A stretch of 64,000 nucleotides of DNA from Phoronis australis (taxonomy: Eukaryota > Animalia > Phoronida), in the NCBI GenBank assembly GCA_002633005.1, contig NMRA01000548.1, forward strand, positions 1 to 64,000, written 5' to 3'. Position numbers and translations under genes: made by a program. This document shows positions 13,301 through 26,467 of the stretch, piece by piece; within the stretch, counting starts at the first letter, position 1; every line of letters starts with the position of its first letter. The notes beneath the pieces were generated by a model. That model had not been told where the DNA came from. It did no database searches and worked only from the letters and a program-made list of their open reading frames with translations.

Positions 13301-16300
13301 CTTCCCAACAATACAAGAATGGCTATCTCATCAGTGCTGAGAACTTCTCCCTGTGCCTACATGTGGAATACTTGATCAAAAGTGAGGAGCAAAGTGTAAA
13401 AGTTAACACTTAACTGTAACATGACAAGTTTCAAGAATGGGCAAAAATGAAAAAAACACCCAGACATGCACATATGCAAGGAATATCCGCCTGCAGCTAT
13501 AAGGGAAACTTAGGTACATTCAGTCAAGTAAAAATTCTTTACATAGCCACACTCTGGACAGTAAATTGTCGATGAAACAACAAACCTCGTTTTCAGACCA
13601 GAGACTACACAGAAGCTTATTTTGTATCAGAGCAAAAACAACAATAAACTCCTCACTAAGAACATGAATAACAGACAATTTACGTTTCAGAACTTTGCAT
13701 GTGAACCTTTAAACAACTATTCCGTCCACACAATACCTTGGAGATCTGTTCTCGTCCCGGTCATCGCTGCTCCCACCAGAGTCTTGTATCTTCAGCAATG
13801 ACTCCATCTTGTCTACCGATTCAATGATGTTCATCAGACGCTGTAGACAAGCCTGTAATGAAGAGAAGTGTTAGCTAAAAAATATAGTTGGTTCTGGTCT
13901 CTAACTGCACTCATTTTGAGACCTGTGCTCACCAATTAAAAAAACACCCAGCTGCATCAATTTCAGCCAAGATCAGGTGTCGTTATTTTTTTTGAAAAGC
14001 TGCACAGTTGTGATAAGCAATGCTTTAAAGGAATGTTTACTGATGCAATGTAGTCACTTGTCAAAACAAGGTTCACGGTGGTTTTAAGCCCTTTAAAGGT
14101 AGTTCTAGAGTACTACAACCTTTTTCTCTCTGATCTGTCGCCGTTGTTCCAGTTTCTCTTGTATTGCAGCTATGGCCTCATCCATTGATGTCTGCACACT
14201 CTGGGAGAAGGCAATAAAACAGAATAGGTATCAACATGTTAAACCTAGTCAATGAAATATGAGCAGACGGCGCTTTATAATAAAAATAATTGTATTAGCA
14301 TACCAGTGATGCACTTTAGTTCAGCCTATGTTATACAAATACGAAACACGTCATTAATTTAAAAAAGACCTTGGATATGATTACTCAAGTCATAAAAAAA
14401 TGTATCAATTTCAGTATTCTCAAAAATACAAACAACACAATTTCCCCCAATGTCCTTAAAAGAAGAGTTTCAGGTATCATTAAGAATTCACAATATCTAC
14501 ATAATAAATTACAAAATGATAACATAAGCACCGAATAGTATGACTGATTTCCCGCACATTTTCAAAAAATCTACCAACTTTTAGATGTTTCAAATGAGTG
14601 AGAATCATAACCCAAAGCAACATAAAACAAACGAGTCATCTCGTTGACAATCCATGTGCAAGTTCTACTTACAAGAACTTCTTCTTTTAACTGACCCAGA
14701 GGAGTGGTCAAATTTCCAATGGCCTTGTCCATCCCCACCTGCAACAACAAAATGCCCAAATTTTAGAGAACAGTAGTCTGCATAGAATAGCTAAAAACAT
14801 TACCAACTGAATACAAAGCATTTGTGTTAAAATTTTTACAAGGCATTCTAAGAAGTTCTTAAATACACCAGACTGCAACCACTAGTTCCCACACACACAG
14901 ACTTTGCTTGCAGTTTTAAAGCGAATGTTTTCCAGGAAATCTGGAATGTTTTACCTTCACAGATATTATGAAACAAACCTAGATTATAAAAGAATCGTCG
15001 TCTGTCACCTTCAAAAATATCGGCAAACACAAATTGCAGAAATCTGTTGTTAAATAACGCCACTTAGAATGCACAGCAGACAATCATCTTTTAAAATTCC
15101 TTACGTGTGCCCCTTGACTTAATGTTGTATGCAAATTAGTTCCATTGATGAGATACTTAGGGGGTTCCCCAGTTGATGTTCAGATGTAATTTACAGTAGG
15201 CTCATGAATTAACGATGGTGCCATCTAATTAAGACTGATCATCAAAAATACAGAATTTTTGTTAAATACTACGGACATATTATGCAAATCGATCCATTTC
15301 ATGATGAGAAAGACAGCTACTATTATTTGCTTCATTTGACATTGCAACTACCAAAGATAAGTTTAGATTTACAAAAACGTATGACAAATTGTGATCCCCA
15401 AAGTTTCTCCCTGTATCGACGTGGTGCAAATACTTATTTACCAATAATCACGTGTCTAAGGTACACACTCTTAAGAGTGATTTATAATCTTCAACTAAGC
15501 ATCTAAGGCCAAAAAGTATAGCTGGTTCTGGTCTGAAAGTTGATGAAGTGATGTATGTTGTTTAGTTGTACAGGGGCCTGTTCCAACAAAAAGAACTTAG
15601 CTAAGACAAATCTTAAATTTTAGTAAATTTTAGGATAAAACTTAAATTTGTCTCAACACCGTTTCAAGAAAGAGATCTTCAGTTTGACTGATGGATTTGA
15701 TATCAGTCTTGCCTAAATTCTGACTGTCTTACCAGATGTAGAAATTTCGAATTTTGGAGTTAAGAACAACCAAAAATGAACTTAAGTCATTTTCTTGGAA
15801 CGGGCCCCATATTTCCAAATTCAGCTTATAGCAGCTTCAGTGGTGCAACTGGTTGTATTGAAGCTGACTAGAAAGATGCATTGCGTAGCTCTTTTGAAAA
15901 AGGATTGAGCATTTGCTCAACATGTTGCAAGCTGGTGCCTTGTTCCTTTTTTAAGCAGCGAGCAGCGCAGGTTTCTAAATGAGATGGACGTAGATAAAAA
16001 TCAAAGATGCTTTTAGGCCTGTACCCTTTACATATATCCGAGACAATCGGGATTTAATGACTTCCGATCCAAGAATTTAGTGAGGCCACCATTAATCATA
16101 ATAAGCACTGTTAACTTCATAAACTTAGGATGATTAAAACAAAACAAAACAAAATCAAAAAATCATTTCTCAACTTTACATGATGCCATTATAATTGACC
16201 GTGATAAAACTTTTCAATTGGCACATGCTTTTTCCTTGAGGTGAATGATACCAAAATATGCATATCCCATGCAAACATGTCATCCATAGAATGTTAAACT

Positions 16301-19300
16301 AGCATAAAACCAGGCAGAATTACCAAATTTGTTGAGAGGTTGACAAAGTCTGCATAGTCCTTGTTGATTAACTCTATCATAGCACTCTTCAGTACTTTGA
16401 GGTAGATTCCAAGATCATCTCGAAGGGTTTCCATGGAGACACGCCTCCGACACTCCATAAGAAAGTGGTCCACATCGAAGTCATCCTAAAACAAGGGAAA
16501 GAAGTTTCTAAATTCGAAAGTGAATTAGATGAGAATTTATTAGGATACTGCAGGATAAACACTGCATTCCTGAACTGGACTCCACGTGGGCTTATATTGG
16601 GAGAAGTAACCTCACCACCACTTGAGCAGAAAAGTACCCTCCCCCACACTTGAGCATAGACAGACTGCGAAAGGATTCCTTGGTTTAGGACATCGAGTGG
16701 TGTGTAGGTTGAATTTTATTTTGTCAAATTTCTAAACATACCGATAAAGAAAATCACGCTTCATGGTTAGCATGGTTTCAATGATACAAAAATCTCCAAA
16801 CCTTTGATAAATTTTTAAGGATACGATAGCACCAATAAAGCGAATCTTTAAAAATTTTGGAAGAGGGAGTTTCAGCAATAATTTTGTAGAACTTTTACGT
16901 TTAGAAACATAAGCACCTACAAACATTATGTAAACTCCTGGATATTTCCATACCATTTTTTCGGAAAGATGGAAACTGATGCATGTGTACCTCAGAGTAG
17001 ACTAATGTGCAATACTGAGCCATCCTGCCACCTGGTGACAGGATATTTTTTGTGTTTATGGTATCCCTCACTCCATTGGGCAAAGGAGGGTTCTACCCGA
17101 GATCCATAGAAAGGTCATTGAATAAGACAGGTCCACAGAGTCCAAAACAAAATTTGTACCTTCAATCAAAAAATAAACACTGATTTATATCGGTAAGCAA
17201 CACATTTAACCGATAAACTGTAAAAGTAATTCAGTCATAAACTTCAAAACCATATTTCAAAGTTCTGTTTTCAAGTGGTATGACATCATCTACATTGCCA
17301 GCTAGGTATAGCTGCATGTAAACTAGTGTCAGTGGTCAATCTCTTGCATCAGACTTCAGCTTTTGTAACAAAGAAGTCAGATGTCAAAAACCACAGCAGT
17401 ATGCTTCTGACATGGGCACAGCATGCACAATTTGCTCAGTTATTGTGTTTGGAAATTGACACCTTTTGGGAGGCGATGACAGCTTCGCTGAAGAAAAATT
17501 TCTTCAGAATTTCAGGTTCGCTGGTACTAAAAGAAGTAAAAGTTCTAATAAAGTACAACCACTTATGGTAATTTATTGTGAACTGTCCAAACATGCAAAA
17601 AAGTGGATTGAAGAATTGGCGAAATCAGAATGTGGCTAACAGATGGAGCTCTGTTTCCCGGTGCTCAAAGTTGATGCAAATGGTGGAGTGCCCCACAAAT
17701 TTAATTGCAGAATAACTGAGCAACGGTGATATTTTTAACCCGGTAACTGAGTCAGCCTAGTCAACGAAGAGTGTAGTTTTTAAGGGAATTAACTTTGTGT
17801 CGTATTTCACTTTGCTCAGTTTTTACCTAGGTGATCCAAGGCAGTATATTTATTATTCTAAGGCTGCGGTTTACAGTGCTCAGCAACTCCTACTTTTATA
17901 CCACCTAGGGAAGGGCCACATGTAGAGTCAACAAACAATAAACAAATGAAAACTATTCAACAGTGGGTGTGGTGTTTATCCAATATTCTAAACATTTTAC
18001 TGCATTCTCTAGCATGCAGTGCATTCCACTACTAGTTATTACATCATAAGGGCAGGGCTGCACTTAGTTAATGACACCTATAAATCTGAGTATTGACACC
18101 TTCAGGAATGCCAAATTCACAAAAGTTTCAAACAATACAAATCTTTTTAAAACTATTGCTAACCTCCCCCCACCCCCTTGCACTTGGCTGGCTAAAAAGG
18201 CAAGTCAAATTAATTAGGCCTTTTACTATCATAAAATCTGTCTCACAATTCCTTACTGTGACAAGATTCTATATCTGTTACCAACAAGAAAATCAAAATC
18301 ATCAGCAATTCAAGAAAATGCTTCTCAGAGATTATAGGGTGGGATAACTCTAAAATTGCGAATTCAACAATGGCACATGTACACATTACCTGTGACTTGA
18401 GTTGATTACGGAAATGGAGTATTATCATAAGGAGAAAGCAAAAATCCTAATTTGATTTTTGTTTTTCAGCCACGTAAACAGAGAGAAATGCAGCTTTAAC
18501 AAGAAAAATTTAAACTTTGGAAAATATGACAGGACATTTGGAAGATCACAGGTGGATCCAGGGGGGTCAAGGAAGTCCGGGCCTCCTTTTTCCCTTGATC
18601 TTAGTGACATCAAATCAAGAATTTTCATTTTTTGTTGACTTGGACGTCCCTTTGTTTTTAAAAAATCCTAGATCCGACACCCCCTTTTCAAAAATCCTGG
18701 ATCCGCCCCTGTTGATAAATTGTACATTGTCTTCCTACATTGTTTCAATAAAGACTGCAAAAATGCTTATTAGAGTTCGTACTGCTTCTGTTATTCTACC
18801 AAAAACTACGACTAGAGAGCGTATTTCATAAGAGTTGGTGTCATAGAACAAATTTCAGGTCTTGTATGACTTTATGGACCAGCTTTACGCTCTGGTGACA
18901 GTTTTTCAAACAAGGCTTCTGTCTGGTTTTCTCATTGTCGCTGGTAAAAATAACCATGATTAGCTTAGCAGGCTTTTAAAGGGCTATAACCCTGTCTTCC
19001 ATCACAAAAATCACCTTTTGATTTGGACCACTTACCGTTCAGAAATTGGTCTTGAATTGTTCCTTTATTAGTTAAATTAAAGGTAATTTCAGGGTTCAGA
19101 AAAAATGTTATTGCTCAGGACCTGGCTCTATAAGCTGGCTTGTCAGAGAATGACATTTATGCGCAGAGCAAATGAACTCATTTCCTTGCAAACCTCATCT
19201 AAGTAAAGAACAAGACTAGTAAGTGCTATAGCAAAGTTTCTGTGAATAAAACGCAAGTTACATAAAATGAAAACGAAATATGATATTTTAAGAAATAGGA

Positions 19301-22300
19301 TTTTTGAGATTTCATCTTATTAAACACCAAATAAAATTCAGCCAGGTTTTTGATACCGATGTTTTGCAACGGATTCACCTTTTTTCTGTTAAATTTTACT
19401 AGAAAGGCTTGCTTACATACAATTAAAAATCAATTGGTACAACGCTAACAACATAAAGAGTTGATATCCGACTACCATGTGCAAATGCATACAGCACAGA
19501 CACAAGGGATGGACACAATAAACATTCCCACTGGAGGGTGCAAGGCAAGCACTCTCAAAATAGCATCCAGGGGGTGGAAAGCAAGTCAGAATCGCTCCCC
19601 TCAACAGGCACACACCTGCCATCTTTCGTCACAATTCTTCACACAGTTTGGAGGAGCTTGTTGTTTGCTTCATAGTAACCTATTCACCAAATTTCATGAA
19701 CATCCATCAAAGAACTTGATAGGCAAAGAGAAACAAAATTGCCACTAGGGAACTCTACGTTAGTCAGATTTGACTCGAAAACCCAAAATCCACTTAAGTA
19801 GTACTTTCCCCAATAAACGCATTACACATTTCATTATGAGGAAAGTGATAGATATTGAACTACAGGCAAAAAACAAAATTGTCACTAGGGAGTGCTACAG
19901 TAGTCGGACCTGTTTGAAAATCATCATCAGCCCATACACTTCCTAGACAAAACACAATAGCCAATTTTCCTAATGATCTTTTTAGATCCATTTGGCCGAT
20001 GGAGAAGTTGATGCTAAAAACCGCACTCAAATAATTAACATAAAATGGCTATTAGGCGGCATACAATAGGTCAAATCCATACAGAAATACAAAAATACAA
20101 CGGATACATCGTCTCATTAATAGAAACCTATTTGATAAATTTCATGAAAATCTGCTACAGACCTCTGAAGATACAGAGATAACAAAAAAAATTAAAATTC
20201 CCACCAGGGGGAAAATGGTTGACATATAGGAAGCAGTTGTTGTCCATTGCTAAGTCCCGCAAAAATAAACTTGCCAAATTTAAGAAAGATCCTGCACAGG
20301 TTTGAGTAGGAACAGCTGTGGACATGAAAAACAAAACTGCCACTAGGTGTCACAGCAGTCAAAGGCATACAAAAATCATTGCCAGCCAAGCTCTTCCCAT
20401 TCTGCAAAAACAGACTCCAAAACAGTAAAACTGGCCACTAGGTGATGCAGGATATGGTGAATCTATCCAAAAGCAAGAGGGTGGCATAGTCACCTAACGT
20501 CAATTTTTCGAGAAAATCTGCAGAGGAATTCTGCAGATACAGTGGCAAATATAAAAAACTAAAATCACCACGTACGTATGTGCATAAAAATTGATGTCTA
20601 CAGGCTTTCTACTTTCAGAAATAAATGCATAAGTTAATAAAGTCATTTTCTGTAGATTTGCAGACATTTGAATAAAAGCAAAAACTTCTAACTGAGGTCG
20701 TACAATCCTAAGGTTCTTCATGGATCCTCAAGAAAANAACGCTAACAACATAAAGAGTTGATATGCGACTACCATGTGCAAATGCATACAGCACAGACAC
20801 AAGGGATGGCCACAATAAACATTCCCACTGGAGGGTGCAAGGCAAGCACTCTCAAAATAGCATCCAGGGAGTGGAAAGCAAGTCAGAATCGCTCCCCTCA
20901 ACAGGCACACACCTGCCATCTTTCGTCACAATTCTTCACACAGTTTGGAGGAGCTTGTTGTTTGCTTCATTGTAACCTATTCATCAAATTTCATGAACAT
21001 CCATCAAAGAACTTGATAGGCAAAGAGAAACAAAATTGCCACTAGGGAACTCTACGTTAGTCAGATTTGACTCGAAAACCCAAAATCCACTTAAGTAGTA
21101 CTTTCCCCAATAAACGCATACACATTTCATTATGAGGAAAGTGATAGATATTGAACTACAGGCAAAAAACAAAATTGTCGCTAGGGAGTGCTACAGTAGT
21201 CGGACCTGTTTGAAAATCATCATCAGCCCATACACTTCCTAGACGAAACACAATAGCCAATTTTCCTAATGATCTTTTTAGATCGATTTGGCCGATGGAG
21301 AAGTTGATGCTAAAAACCGCGCTCAAATAATTAACATAAAATGGCTATTAGGCGGCATACAATAGGTCAAATCCATACGGAAATACAAAAATACAACGGA
21401 TACATCGTCTCATTAATAGAAACCTATTTGCTAAATTTCATGAAAATCTGCTACAGACCTCTGAAGATACAGAGATAACAAAAAAAATTAAAATTCCCAC
21501 CAGGGGGAAAATGGTTGACATATAGGAAGCAGTTGTTGTCCATTGCTAAGTCCCGCAAAAATAAACTTGCCAAATTTAAGAAAGATCCTGCACAGGTTTG
21601 AGTAGGAACAGCTGTGGACATGAAAAACAAAACTGCCACTAGGTGTCACAGCAGTCAAAGGCATACAAAAATCATTGCCAGCCAAGCTCTTCCCATTCTT
21701 ACAGTGGTTTGGCCGATAAAGACAGACAGCAAAAACAGACTCGAAAACAGTAAAACTGGCCACTAGGTGAGGCAGGATATGGTGAATCCATCCAAAAGCA
21801 AGAGGGTGGCATAGTCACCTAAATAGAACCTAACGTCAATTTTTTGAGAAAATCTGCAGAGGAATTCTGCAGATACAGTGGCAAATATAAAAAACTAAAA
21901 TCACCACGTACGTATGTGCATAAAAATTGATGTCTACAGGCTTTCTACTTTCAGAAATAAATGGATAAGTTAATAAAGTCATTTTCTGTAGATTTGCAGA
22001 CATTTGAATAAAAGCAAAAACTTCTAACTGAGGTCGTACAATCCTAAGGTTCTTCATGGATCCTCAAGAAAAGAAAAGGTTGTAAGTCTGGGGTCTCCCC
22101 AACTGACATAATTTTCGAGTTGACCAATTTTGTGTGGTGTCCCTCATTGGAGCTTGATCAGCTTAACAGATAATTTAGCACTGGATTATACCTTCAATAC
22201 CAGTTGAGGCGGTCAGTAAGTATCAACACAACAGTACTGAGTTAGTGTGAATACGTACTTCTGAGGATCGTGTCAAAACCAAATCCATAGTGGTAGTTTT

Positions 22301-25300
22301 TACTGTCATGTTAACACATTAATAGCAGTCTTTGAATATTATTCACAAATACAACATTAAACTTAGCCAAGAGCATCAGATATATTCTCGGCAAAACATT
22401 TTTAGTAGCTTCTAATAAAACAAAAATGTTGGAATGTATTCCTAAGTTCACTATAAATCTAGATGACCTACTTACTTAAATTCCGGTTATAAACAAATTA
22501 CAACTTAAACTTGAGAGTTCTTACAACTTAACAGTGTCCAGACATTTTAGACTGCAAGTAACAGATGGCATAAATTGGTCAATTTATGAAAGAAAAGCCA
22601 GGTTAATGAAATACTATAAACTGTGGGTTCTAACTCCCCGTGTTTGTTTAGCAAATTAACCTATTTGTTAAGAAGGCGTCCAGGATCCTGGCGGCAGTAA
22701 TTTGAGGTCAAAACTAGATCACTGACTTAGTAACAGGTTGCTTGATTTCAGCACTTGTTATAGTAAAAAGTTTTAGAAGACAACAAGCACTTCTTACAAT
22801 ATAATTAATTTCCCAAAAGGATTTACTTCCAATGTGTGGAACAAGTACAGCAATATATAGCATTGGATTATAAAGATTTTTAATGTGAAATTCCCATGAT
22901 CTGATCAATAAGGTAACCGACGTCATGCAATCCTGGCAATTCAAGACTAACAAAATGATGAAACTGAATTTAGATTATATAGAAGACTTCATATTGCAGA
23001 AGCTAAAAGGAGCAATTCCATAGTAAAATGACCAAATAAATAAATTATTTTTTAGAAAACACATTCCAGGAACTGGTTCTGCATTGGCAAGACAAGAATT
23101 TTTACAATTCAATCGCAAAATTCCAATAGTTGGAGTTTTCAACATCACAAAACAATGCTCATTGCGCAAAAGTGTAAAATGGTCTTAACCAAGGGCACAT
23201 TGTAACTGTGCAATCATTTTCTAATTTGCAACTGAATTTTTTTTAAAGCAATGTGACTAATTTGCCCCTACGATATTCTCAGAATTCATTAAGCAGTTCT
23301 TATGAACATATCTGGCATCTCCAAGTCCTGACAGAACAGTTTCTTACAATTGTAAACTGCCATCAAAATACTACGGATAATACAAAAAAAAAAGTTTCTT
23401 GGAACTACCCCAGGTCATCATGCTACATACCAGTACTCAAGCTACCAGGCACTAGGCTGAGACTATCCACATGTTTGCCCTGTTACTCAGTGCAACTGGG
23501 CACACCGCTTTTATTAAGAAAACTGTGTTGTTACTATTTCAAAATGTAACATTTACAACGCGTTAAAGGTTAAGTGGGACCCTAGAAAAAAGTCCAACTT
23601 TGGCCAACTTCGGAACATCGTATCTCAGAAATGGCTGATCGGATTCACATGAATCTTTCAGATACTATGCTTTATACAGTGTTCCATAAACCGCTATTTG
23701 GAATTGTTTTTAAAACCTATCACTTTTGAATGAGGGTCATCAAAATAGGACCAATGCGATTTTTATGAAAACATTTTAAAGTTGCATAGAACAAAAACAA
23801 AACGAAACTTCAGAAAAATGTAACAGCATTTTTGAGATTTGATCTTACATATCATACAAAATTTGGTCATGTTATTGATCTTGTTGTTTTGCTATGAACA
23901 TGTCTCTTGTTTTTCCTAAATTTTACAAGCAAAGCATGTTACACTGATCAGAAATACCTTCAAACAAGTACTGTTCTTTATTAACCAGGCATAATAAAAC
24001 AAATCAGTTTTGGTAATAGAAGTTGGACGTAACATGGGCTTCAGATTGCAATGGATTTTGAGCAATTTACTTTACAAATATGCATCCTGATTTCATTGGA
24101 GAAACAATTGTGATTTTACGATTACACGTTTTCTGGGGGTGAACAGAAAGTTGTCAGCACAGCCCGTAGTTGAGTCAACATCTTGACCTTCAATATCTGG
24201 AGCCACTCATGTTTAAGTCAACAAAAATATACATATGGGAGACTGGTTGGGCAAAATATTAATATCTTGTCAACATACTCATAACCAAGCATTAATACTT
24301 GGCTTTCTTTCCCACTTAGCACTGGCTGACACAACACTTAAAAAAGTCTAGATATATTTAGACTCAACTTGGTGCTTACAAGACAAGCAGTCTACACTGG
24401 ACTGTCTGCTAAAGATAGATCTATAAATAGTGCTGTTGTGGGCCAGTGCAGACAAAGCAACAACCAAGGAACTCATTATCAAAATGAGATGAAATTATCA
24501 AATGTACCATTACCATGACTGGAGGAAATGAGAAATGAATGCAGATTTTTATATTAAAATACAGTTTAATGTTGTCTACACTTAACAGCACGATATAAGA
24601 CTGTTTACCCTTGACTAAAACTTTTGATTGAAAGAAAGGAAAGGATACGATTATAACTGGAAATTATGCGGTAAATGCTAGACCTTATGTGTATTTAAAC
24701 GTAAAAGTTTTTGCGTATTAAATCAATATCAACTTCATTTCAACAAAAACTTGTCGACTGGCCCAGATCAATTACCATCCTAGAATGCTGGAACAAGCGA
24801 GTATTCACATCTACTTACGTGGAACTAAGCTACCAGCTGTTGTATAGAAAATAATTACCTCAATTTCTTTAGTGAATGAGGCAACGAAAAGGAATCACAA
24901 TTTTCGGAGTTGTTTACGTTGAAAACCATCGACACACCTTGCTTTCAGGTACAGTTTACATTGTCAATCAAAAAGTGAACAGGATAAGCAGTTCATGTAT
25001 ACTTACACCATCTACAGGCGATGGTCTTCTGCAAACTAGGACCAGCCTGGCCAGCCAGTTGCTCATGACACACAGGTCCCAATTTTTTGCAACATCTTCA
25101 GTTAAATAAAATTTGCTCAGAAATTCAATTTGCTCCACAAATTTAGTGGTACAAAAGTAATTTTGATGGCAGCTGTAACATAATTGCTTTAGTCCAAAAA
25201 AGTTTAGTTTTTAATAATATCAATTTCATTTCAGATTTTATTTGAAAAATGTTTACCCACATCGTTCCATAGCTGAATAAAATAGTTTTGTAAGGGTACT

Positions 25301-26467
25301 AAATTGCTCCCCCATCTGTGCGCAGTATAAAAATGGTGAGTTCACGATTTTGGGAACCGAAAAAGGGACTGCTCGAAGAAAAAGTTTGATAACGGGAGTA
25401 TTTGTTCGAGTTGGAAGGAAATTAACACATCGATAACCTTCTGAGGTGTTCCTCTATGCGCAAAAGGTATTTATAACAACGTGAATTTGATGGTTTAGTC
25501 GGTGCGAGGCATAATTTGCCGAAAAGCTTCAGGCGTACAGAGCCCCTATAGGAGCTGCATCGCCTCTGGTTCGGGCCAACAGAGGCGATGGTCATTGCCT
25601 ACATTAACCACTGCCATTTACTCACTATATTAAGAGAATATTCATTTTGTAGTAATAGCCGAGATTACCCAACCCGGGGATCGAACCCGCAACCCCCATA
25701 AAACCGGCGGCAAGCGTGCTAACCATTCAGCTAATAGGCAATTGCCCATTAGCGAGTAGCTAACAGAGGCTCATATATAATTCACTGGAAGCACATCTAC
25801 AACATTTTTATGGATGGGTCTCCACAGAGTACAACGGAAACTTGTCTTGTTTACTCAATGTCGTTCTCCACCATGCGCTAAGTATGCTCAAAACCTTGTG
25901 TATTAGGATTTGCCACCACCTATGCACTACCTTAACATCGGACATTGTCACTGAATAGCGAAGCTGGCTCAGATGGTAGTCACCCCATAAGCATAGATCC
26001 CCAAGTTTTATGACAAATTATGCCTCCACATTGACTAAACCATCACATTTCTATCAGTACTTGAGCATAGAACGACACCTCTGGAGGCAGTCGATGTTTT
26101 TAAATCCTTTCAACTCCAACAAATTCTTCGGCAATTAAGATTTTTTTCCAGTGGCTGCTCGATTTGGGGACCTGCAGGCTGCCAATGCAGCCTCAGATTG
26201 TGTTTGACAACCTGCGAAAATTTCAAGTCGTCACGTAATAGCCAGTGCGAGTATCAAAGTCAACAACTGCCTCTAAATTCGTTTCAAAATTCGCACAGAA
26301 GCTACACTGTCACTAGCGACGGTGATTACTGTCTATTTCAATGTTGTCCCGCCGCCCCAGTGTCCTGAACGGAAAAAACAACAGTTTACCTTCATAAAAC
26401 TGTCTTTACTGAAGCAAAGTGTTGAAGGGCCACTTGGAAGTGGCATCTTCGTCACATCAAGCGTCAT
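4305..26467 (-). CDS. COG2: Conserved oligomeric Golgi complex subunit 2, complete 17-exon CDS (~728 aa)
   Basis: Exons read by hand, all GT-AG and phase-consistent (2187 nt in total): 26467-26390, 16485-16324, 14738-14673, 14200-14120, 13852-13737, 13168-13063, 12726-12547, 11893-11766, 11239-11119, 10032-9893, 9196-8965, 8200-8054, 7122-7041, 6666-6521, 5530-5394, 5147-4979, 4400-4305 (TAG). Peptides such as PSGPSTLCFSKDSFMK-DDFDVDHFL, ELINKDYADFVNLSTNLVGMDKAI, CLRTYATIDKTKDAE, FERQCGSQASVKRLRSHP, WSLPVYFQIRFQEIAG, IPRLYRKTNREVPT and SVKKMEDSLKRLK...GMSDDDKIRLQ match COG2 as I recall it. Confidence 0.96.
7820..7932 (-). mobile_element. tRNA-derived SINE head fragment in a COG2 intron
   Basis: The minus strand reads ggaggcagtgTGGCCTAGTGtgataa...ggtcgtgtGTTCGAGTCCcactgg, i.e. 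Pol III A-box and B-box at tRNA-like spacing. It is followed by a cccttgag SINE-core-like stretch and lacks an intact acceptor stem. Confidence 0.6.
12212..12273 (-). mobile_element. Decayed tRNA-like SINE head in a COG2 intron
   Basis: Minus strand gtaTGGCTCAGTGGttt...gacctgGGTTGAAATCCtgg gives an A-box and a degenerate B-box. Confidence 0.45.
15573..15808. mobile_element. MITE with imperfect ~27 bp terminal inverted repeats (PIF/Harbinger-like GGGCC termini)
   Basis: Left end GGGGCCTGTTCCAACAAAAAGAACTTAG versus the reverse complement of the right end GGGGCCCGTTCCAAGAAAATGACTTAAG; AT-rich non-coding interior. Confidence 0.65.
18549..18711. mobile_element. Short GC-ended MITE (CAGGGGCGGATCCAGG-type TIR)
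   Basis: Left CAGGTGGATCCAGGGGGG and right CCTGGATCCGCCCCTG are inverted copies. Related ends occur at 31768-31932 and 59343-59498. Confidence 0.6.
19441..22072. repeat. ~1.3 kb direct duplication joined by a single N (probably two haplotypes), spanning an interspersed repeat
   Basis: 19441-20736 and 20738-22072 are near-identical, with scattered SNPs and two small indels; N at 20737. Duplicate ORFs in the track (19461/20758, 20155/21451, 20500/21836) confirm the repeat. Confidence 0.9.
23563..23945 (+). mobile_element. Non-autonomous interspersed DNA-element fragment with a TTAAAGG start (Kolobok-like end)
   Basis: Starts ttaaaggttaagtgggaccctagaaaaaagtccaa, similar to 62097 ttaaggttatgtaggactccagaaaaatgtccaa. 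The internal block aaatttggtcatgttattgatcttgttgttttgctatgaac...ctaaattttac recurs at ~62178-62270 and more weakly at ~19333-19420. Confidence 0.5.
25667..25735 (-). mobile_element. tRNA-like head (SINE or tRNA pseudogene) in COG2 intron 1
   Basis: Minus strand tTAGCTGAATGGttagcacgcttgcc...gttgcgGGTTCGATCCccgggttggg shows an A-box, a D-arm-like segment and a T-arm (GGTTCGATCCCC). There is no clean anticodon arm or acceptor stem. Confidence 0.55.

Noticed and set aside
19461-21045. Duplicated 95 aa ORFs suggesting a tandem gene pair
   Set aside because: They arise from the N-joined haplotype duplication of a non-coding repeat and have no domain content.
25667-25735. Functional tRNA gene
   Set aside because: No complete cloverleaf; treated as a SINE-like head. 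The same applies to 7820-7932 and 12212-12273.
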